Virus record (IMG/VR): IMGVR_UViG_3300027769_000918 | Coordinates: 27,482-91,481 of that record | Origin: a virus | DNA length: 64,000 bases | Direction: 5' to 3' (one strand) | In this document: in pieces, positions 60,530 to 64,000 of the stretch | Position numbering within the stretch: position 1 is the first letter of the stretch | Layout of the letters: every line of letters begins with the position of its first letter | Notes under the pieces: generated by a model | Databases searched by the model: none | What the model was told of the DNA's origin: nothing | Seen by the model: only the letters and a program-made list of their open reading frames with translations | Program-made: the position numbers and the translations under genes

Positions 60530-60736
60530 ATGGCTACCAAACTATACACAATCGAAAGCCTACTTGTAGGAAAAAACTATCGCTCAAATACTCGCCACTT
60601 TTCAGGTGAGATTATTTCTGCTGAACACCGCCCAGAAATTTGGTATGGCGAAAATACTGAAGCCTACCTAATCGAAATAAATGCGGGTGGCTTGCGAAAT
60701 AAATTCGCAACAATCGCAGTAAAGGTTGGTGAATAA
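60530..60736 (+). CDS. early hypothetical protein
   Basis: 68 aa, GAAGG RBS. Confidence 0.65.
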   Translation: MATKLYTIESLLVGKNYRSNTRHFSGEIISAEHRPEIWYGENTEAYLIEINAGGLRNKFATIAVKVGE

Positions 60737-60738
60737 TA

Positions 60739-60864
60739 ATGGGATACATCGAAATTTTTCGTATGGACAACGAGGGTGCTGGCTGGGTAGATTTATCCGA
60801 AGCCACTCCCGATGAATTATTTAACATCGAATTAGGATTATTAGAGGAAGGTGCGTTCGAATGA
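60739..60864 (+). CDS. 41 aa acidic early peptide
   Basis: MGYIEIFRMDNEGAGWVDLSEATPDELF... Confidence 0.55.
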   Translation: MGYIEIFRMDNEGAGWVDLSEATPDELFNIELGLLEEGAFE

Positions 60865-60983
60865 ACTTAGATGAATTCAAAAAGCACGTTATCGCACAAC
60901 GTGAAGCAAGCAAGGCAGAAGCCTTGTCAGTGCTATCTGCTACAATTACCAAAACAAACGAAAGGGAAAACCTAAATGGCTAA
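60861..60983 (+). CDS. 40 aa early peptide
   Basis: ATGA overlap, GAAGG RBS; contains promoter P4. Confidence 0.45.
   Translation: MNLDEFKKHVIAQREASKAEALSVLSATITKTNERENLNG
60925..60946 (+). promoter_or_regulatory. early promoter P4, TGTCAGTG-N8-TACAAT
   Basis: Full consensus match, upstream of the ORF at 60976. Confidence 0.75.
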
Positions 60984-61140
60984 AGTAAAAGAATACATAG
61001 AAATAATCGCAGCAAATTGCGATGAATGCGGTGGTGCTGGTTTCTTATTTTGGGGAACTGAAAATAACTACGATGTAGAGCCTTGTTCTTGCGTAGATGA
61101 AATTTCTGATGAACTAACACTAGATTGGGTAAATAACTAA
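60976..61140 (+). CDS. 54 aa zinc-finger early protein
   Basis: CDECGGAG...PCSC; C-terminus ELTLDWVNN. Confidence 0.6.
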   Translation: MAKVKEYIEIIAANCDECGGAGFLFWGTENNYDVEPCSCVDEISDELTLDWVNN

Positions 61141-61343
61141 TGTATAAACTAACTTGTGCCTATGATAGCAACGCTCCTCATTGGTCTGCTGAATACGAAA
61201 ACGAATTTGGTGCGTGGGAAAACTTTTTCTTGTTCACCGATTGGGGAATGGCTGACGAATACTCAACTGTAAATCTTTATACGCCAACAGGCAAATGCTA
61301 TACAAAAGTTTTTTATCGCAGTGGAATGGTGGCAGTAAAATGA
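61140..61343 (+). CDS. early hypothetical protein
   Basis: 67 aa, TAATG-coupled. Confidence 0.6.
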   Translation: MYKLTCAYDSNAPHWSAEYENEFGAWENFFLFTDWGMADEYSTVNLYTPTGKCYTKVFYRSGMVAVK

Positions 61344-61531
61344 TGACTCGTAAAGATTATGTCGCAACGGCAGAAATTCTAAATTATCTTAGCAACAAGG
61401 TTCACCCTGCTGTTTTTTCTAAAACTGTTCACGATTTCGCAGAAATGTTTGCGAAAGATAATGAGCGATTTGATGTAAAACGATTTCACGAAGCGAGTAA
61501 TTATAATGTTCCAAACTTCACTTCGAGATAA
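61340..61531 (+). CDS. early hypothetical protein
   Basis: MMTRKDYV...FAKDNERFDVKRF, a recurrent phage small-protein pattern. Confidence 0.65.
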   Translation: MMTRKDYVATAEILNYLSNKVHPAVFSKTVHDFAEMFAKDNERFDVKRFHEASNYNVPNFTSR

Positions 61532-61637
61532 AGTAAAACGCATTCAGGAATTGCGTCGCAGTAATGCGGCGCAACCTGTTCGCAATAAAAAAAAATACAC
61601 ACGCAAGATCAAACATAAAAATAAAAACGAAAGTTAA
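61506..61637 (+). CDS. 43 aa highly basic peptide
   Basis: ...IQELRRSNAAQPVRNKKKYTRKIKHK. Confidence 0.55.
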   Translation: MFQTSLRDKVKRIQELRRSNAAQPVRNKKKYTRKIKHKNKNES

Positions 61638-61731
61638 TTTGTCGACAAAGCCCGCACATAGCTGCGGTGTCGGGCGTGTCGTTAAGACTGTGATTTAAAA
61701 CACCCTGGAATTTTGCGTGTCGATTAGAAAA

Positions 61732-61753
61732 TGTCAGTGGCCCATGGTATTAT
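61732..61753 (+). promoter_or_regulatory. early promoter P5, TGTCAGTG-N8-TATTAT
   Basis: Consensus match upstream of ATG 61779. Confidence 0.75.
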
Positions 61754-61778
61754 TCTCTTACTAACGAAAGGTCAACTA

Positions 61779-62498
61779 ATGAAATTAAAGCGTTCTAATG
61801 ATAGAAAGGTGGCTAACCTTGTCACAAAAAATGGAAAGCAAGCCGCAATTGCTAACACGTTCGGATTACCCGCAGGAAAAGATTTCTCATGTCCTGGCGC
61901 TACGTCTATCTGCGAGACTGTTTGCTATGCAGGCAAATTGGAAAAACTCTTCAAGGGAGTAAAAACTAATCTTCTTCACAATTGGGAATTGTTACGCAAT
62001 GCAGACATGGAGACCATGTATCAATTGCTTAATGAAATGATTATTGACTTTAAAGCCGATTGTGTAAAGAAAGACGCCCCTATGTTATTCCGTATCCACT
62101 GGGACGGAGATTTCTTTAATGATTTCTATACTTATGCCTGGAAGAATGTGATCAATGAGCACACCGATGTTCAATTCTGGGTTTATACACGTGTAAAGTC
62201 TGCAGCGCTTATTCTTAAGGATGTATCTAATCTATCTCTTTATTATTCTACCGATGATGAGAATAAAGAAACGGGCCACGAGTTAAAAAAGAATTCTGGT
62301 ATCCGCCTTGCTTATCTAGGGAAGACATTTGCCGTAACCGAAAACACAATGAAAGAATTAACTGGCAAGCCTGGCGCTAAGTGTCCAGAGAATATGAAAA
62401 GCATTCCGCTTATTAGCAATGCAGGGTCCGCATGTGTGTCATGTGGCCTATGTGTTTATGGTAAAGCAGATATTAGATTTTCTGCGAGTAAAAAATGA
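61779..62498 (+). CDS. gene product 88-like Cys-motif protein
   Basis: 'FGLPAG..SCPGATSICETVCYA', 'FRIHWDGDF', 'FWVYTR', C-terminal CP...CxxCxxC; GAAAGG RBS. Confidence 0.7.
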   Translation: MKLKRSNDRKVANLVTKNGKQAAIANTFGLPAGKDFSCPGATSICETVCYAGKLEKLFKGVKTNLLHNWELLRNADMETMYQLLNEMIIDFKADCVKKDAPMLFRIHWDGDFFNDFYTYAWKNVINEHTDVQFWVYTRVKSAALILKDVSNLSLYYSTDDENKETGHELKKNSGIRLAYLGKTFAVTENTMKELTGKPGAKCPENMKSIPLISNAGSACVSCGLCVYGKADIRFSASKK

Positions 62499-62599
62499 TT
62501 GTAGATATTCTTGGAGCTATAATTGCTATTATTTTAATTAGTGTAATCACTGTACCTATACCGTTAGGAATGTGGATGATATTTAGAGCTAACAAATAG
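62495..62599 (+). CDS. 34 aa membrane peptide
   Basis: MIVDILGAIIAIILISVITVPIPLGMWMIFRANK; ATGA overlap. Confidence 0.45.
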   Translation: MIVDILGAIIAIILISVITVPIPLGMWMIFRANK

Positions 62600-62646
62600 C
62601 GGCGTGTTGACTTGACAAGATCAAGTTAGCCCGCAACATTGCGGGG

Positions 62647-62676
62647 TTATCCACAGGCTTACGACAGTTATCCACA
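62647..62676 (+). promoter_or_regulatory. two DnaA boxes
   Basis: TTATCCACA at 62647-62655 and 62668-62676. Confidence 0.7.
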
Positions 62677-62688
62677 ACCCCTCAAAAA

Positions 62689-62704
62689 TGTGAGTATTAT
62701 CACA
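62689..62704. promoter_or_regulatory. CRP/GlxR-type box
   Basis: TGTGA-GTATTA-TCACA. Confidence 0.7.
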
Positions 62705-62737
62705 AAAGCTGCGACACGCCGAGGGTGGATTAGCAAA

Positions 62738-62759
62738 TGTCGGTGGCTTAGTGTAAAAT
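62738..62759 (+). promoter_or_regulatory. early promoter P6, TGTCGGTG-N8-TAAAAT
   Basis: Consensus match upstream of the ORF at 62789. Confidence 0.8.
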
Positions 62760-62788
62760 ACCATTATTCCAACAACGAAAGGTAAGTT

Positions 62789-63013
62789 ATGTCTAATCTA
62801 ATGAAAGTTCCACACACAGTTGTATTCGAGGCAATTATTGACTTGGATAAAATTCCTGCAAGTTTATTGCCTGCGCTAATTGCTCTTGATAAAACTGCAA
62901 TTGAACAAATGTGTAAGGAAGCAACACTACACGCATTACACGAGTCTAATGTGTTACAAACTGCTAATGAGTTTAATACTTGGGCTGAAATGACTATCAA
63001 GGAAGGTAACTAA
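62789..63013 (+). CDS. early hypothetical protein
   Basis: 74 aa, GAAAGG RBS. Confidence 0.65.
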   Translation: MSNLMKVPHTVVFEAIIDLDKIPASLLPALIALDKTAIEQMCKEATLHALHESNVLQTANEFNTWAEMTIKEGN

Positions 63014-63015
63014 CA

Positions 63016-63282
63016 ATGGGATACAATACTGCGCTTGACCTTGCTAATGAATTAGATTTAGAAGTAGCAATAGGTTATCACTTACAGGGTAATCATTACC
63101 CGCCCGTTCCACTATCTATGGTAGAACCTTGCATCGAAGCAATTGACGCCTACTATGACGAGGACTATAACAAGTTGATCGAAATGCCTGAAGGCGTGTA
63201 TTATCGTGGAGATAAATTCGCACCCGCATCTGCCATTATTGAACAACACCACTTGGAAGCGTGGCTACCTGAAGAATTGTGA
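63016..63282 (+). CDS. early hypothetical protein
   Basis: 88 aa, 'HLQGNHYPPVP...HHLEAWL'. Confidence 0.7.
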   Translation: MGYNTALDLANELDLEVAIGYHLQGNHYPPVPLSMVEPCIEAIDAYYDEDYNKLIEMPEGVYYRGDKFAPASAIIEQHHLEAWLPEEL

Positions 63283-63293
63283 TTTTTATCACA
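63278..63293. promoter_or_regulatory. CRP/GlxR-type box
   Basis: TGTGA-TTTTTA-TCACA. Confidence 0.7.
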
Positions 63294-63311
63294 CGGGCAG
63301 GGGCTACTAAA

Positions 63312-63333
63312 TGTCAGTAGCCTCTGCTATAAT
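63312..63333 (+). promoter_or_regulatory. early promoter P7, TGTCAG-N10-TATAAT
   Basis: Consensus match upstream of the ORF at 63360. Confidence 0.8.
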
Positions 63334-63359
63334 CAGACACTAAACAGAAAGGAAGCAAA

Positions 63360-63533
63360 ATGACACTAGGAAACAAAACCTATCAGGTCGGTGATTTATT
63401 CACCACTCTAAAGTCAAAAGAAACAGGAGTAATCAAAGAGATTATTCCTAACGCATCTGGCTCGGTGCGAGTTCGTCTGGAAACAGACAACGGAGAACGC
63501 TGGACAACAGTTCTTGCCGATAGCCTAGCGTAA
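63360..63533 (+). CDS. 57 aa small beta-barrel-like early protein
   Basis: MTLGNKTYQVGDLFTT...TGVIKEI...; GAAAGGA RBS. Confidence 0.6.
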   Translation: MTLGNKTYQVGDLFTTLKSKETGVIKEIIPNASGSVRVRLETDNGERWTTVLADSLA

Positions 63534-63550
63534 TAAAACGGCAGGGGGGT

Positions 63551-63572
63551 TGTCAGACCCCCCTGCTATAAT
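63551..63572 (+). promoter_or_regulatory. early promoter P8, TGTCAG-N10-TATAAT
   Basis: Consensus match upstream of the ORF at 63612. Confidence 0.8.
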
Positions 63573-63611
63573 ACTCATACCAACAACCAACCAACGAAAG
63601 GTAATAAATAA

Positions 63612-64000
63612 ATGAGCAGACAAATCACAGTAAAGGTAGCAACAAGCAAAGTAATCAAGGCACTAGAGGCTCGTCTAGCAACGCTAGAAAACGATTACAA
63701 CACACAGACCGCAAAGGAAGCAAAGTTCGGCAAAGCGCAAGAAGCGTGGCGCAAGGAAATTGCTAAGTGGGCTATTGCTAACTTCTCAAAGGCTGAGAAC
63801 CTTCGCACAAACTATCGTCAATGGAACAACACTCTCAATGTTGATTTTGACATCATCACAAAGGAAGGAAACTTCCCTGCTGAACCTGAAAAGGATTTTG
63901 AGGTTATCCATCAGCACCAGTATCGTGAGATGAAAGAGGACATCACAAATGCCCTAACAATTCTCAAGATGACAGATGAGGAAACAGTAAATGCTTCTAC
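63612..64000 (+). CDS. early hypothetical protein (runs off the window)
   Basis: MSRQITVKVATSKVIKALE...; open to the window end; GAAAGG RBS. Confidence 0.7.
   Translation, partial: MSRQITVKVATSKVIKALEARLATLENDYNTQTAKEAKFGKAQEAWRKEIAKWAIANFSKAENLRTNYRQWNNTLNVDFDIITKEGNFPAEPEKDFEVIHQHQYREMKEDITNALTILKMTDEETVNAS

Noticed and set aside
60333-60569. 78 aa ORF, and the N-terminal extension of 61731..62498
   Set aside because: Both run across promoter and operator elements with no RBS; the real starts are at 60530 and 61779.
57732-63572. CRISPR array or mini-array from the recurring short repeats
   Set aside because: Repeats are 9-22 bp, irregularly spaced by whole genes, and coincide with promoters or RBSs; no cas genes.

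Overview
This window is 64 kb of an AT-rich, large tailed dsDNA phage (siphovirus architecture). The host is most likely an actinobacterium. The evidence is GAAAGG-type Shine-Dalgarno sites, several leaderless extended -10 promoters, actinophage-like structural genes and actinobacterial transcription-factor motifs. Positions 1-19.8 kb (minus strand) hold the core virion module: portal, protease-scaffold, major capsid, head-tail genes, tail tube, tail chaperone with a -1 frameshift, tape measure, distal tail and hub. Positions 19.9-52.1 kb (minus strand) are an unusually long array of fibre or appendage genes (collagen-like, Gly-rich, LamG, Mtd-N-like, Cys-rich, four tandem paralogues) with a glycosyltransferase. 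Positions 52.2-57.1 kb carry a holin-like gene, a class II ribonucleotide reductase, a GT4 glycosyltransferase and a secreted lytic transglycosylase. Positions 57.1-58.9 kb carry a candidate small RNA, membrane micro-peptides and a tRNA-Ile(UAU). Positions 58.9-64 kb (plus strand) are an early-gene region of micro-ORFs. The strongest finding is in this early region. All eight transcription units I found start at an exact TGTC(A/G)G-N10-TAnnnT promoter, which matches the actinobacterial PafBC/RecA-NDp DNA-damage promoter. Several upstream regions also carry perfect CRP boxes, WhiA-like GACAC boxes and a pair of DnaA boxes. This suggests phage early transcription is wired to, or titrates, host stress and cell-cycle regulators. 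I saw no terminase, integrase, CRISPR array or reverse transcriptase. All calls were made by eye; no database searches were run.
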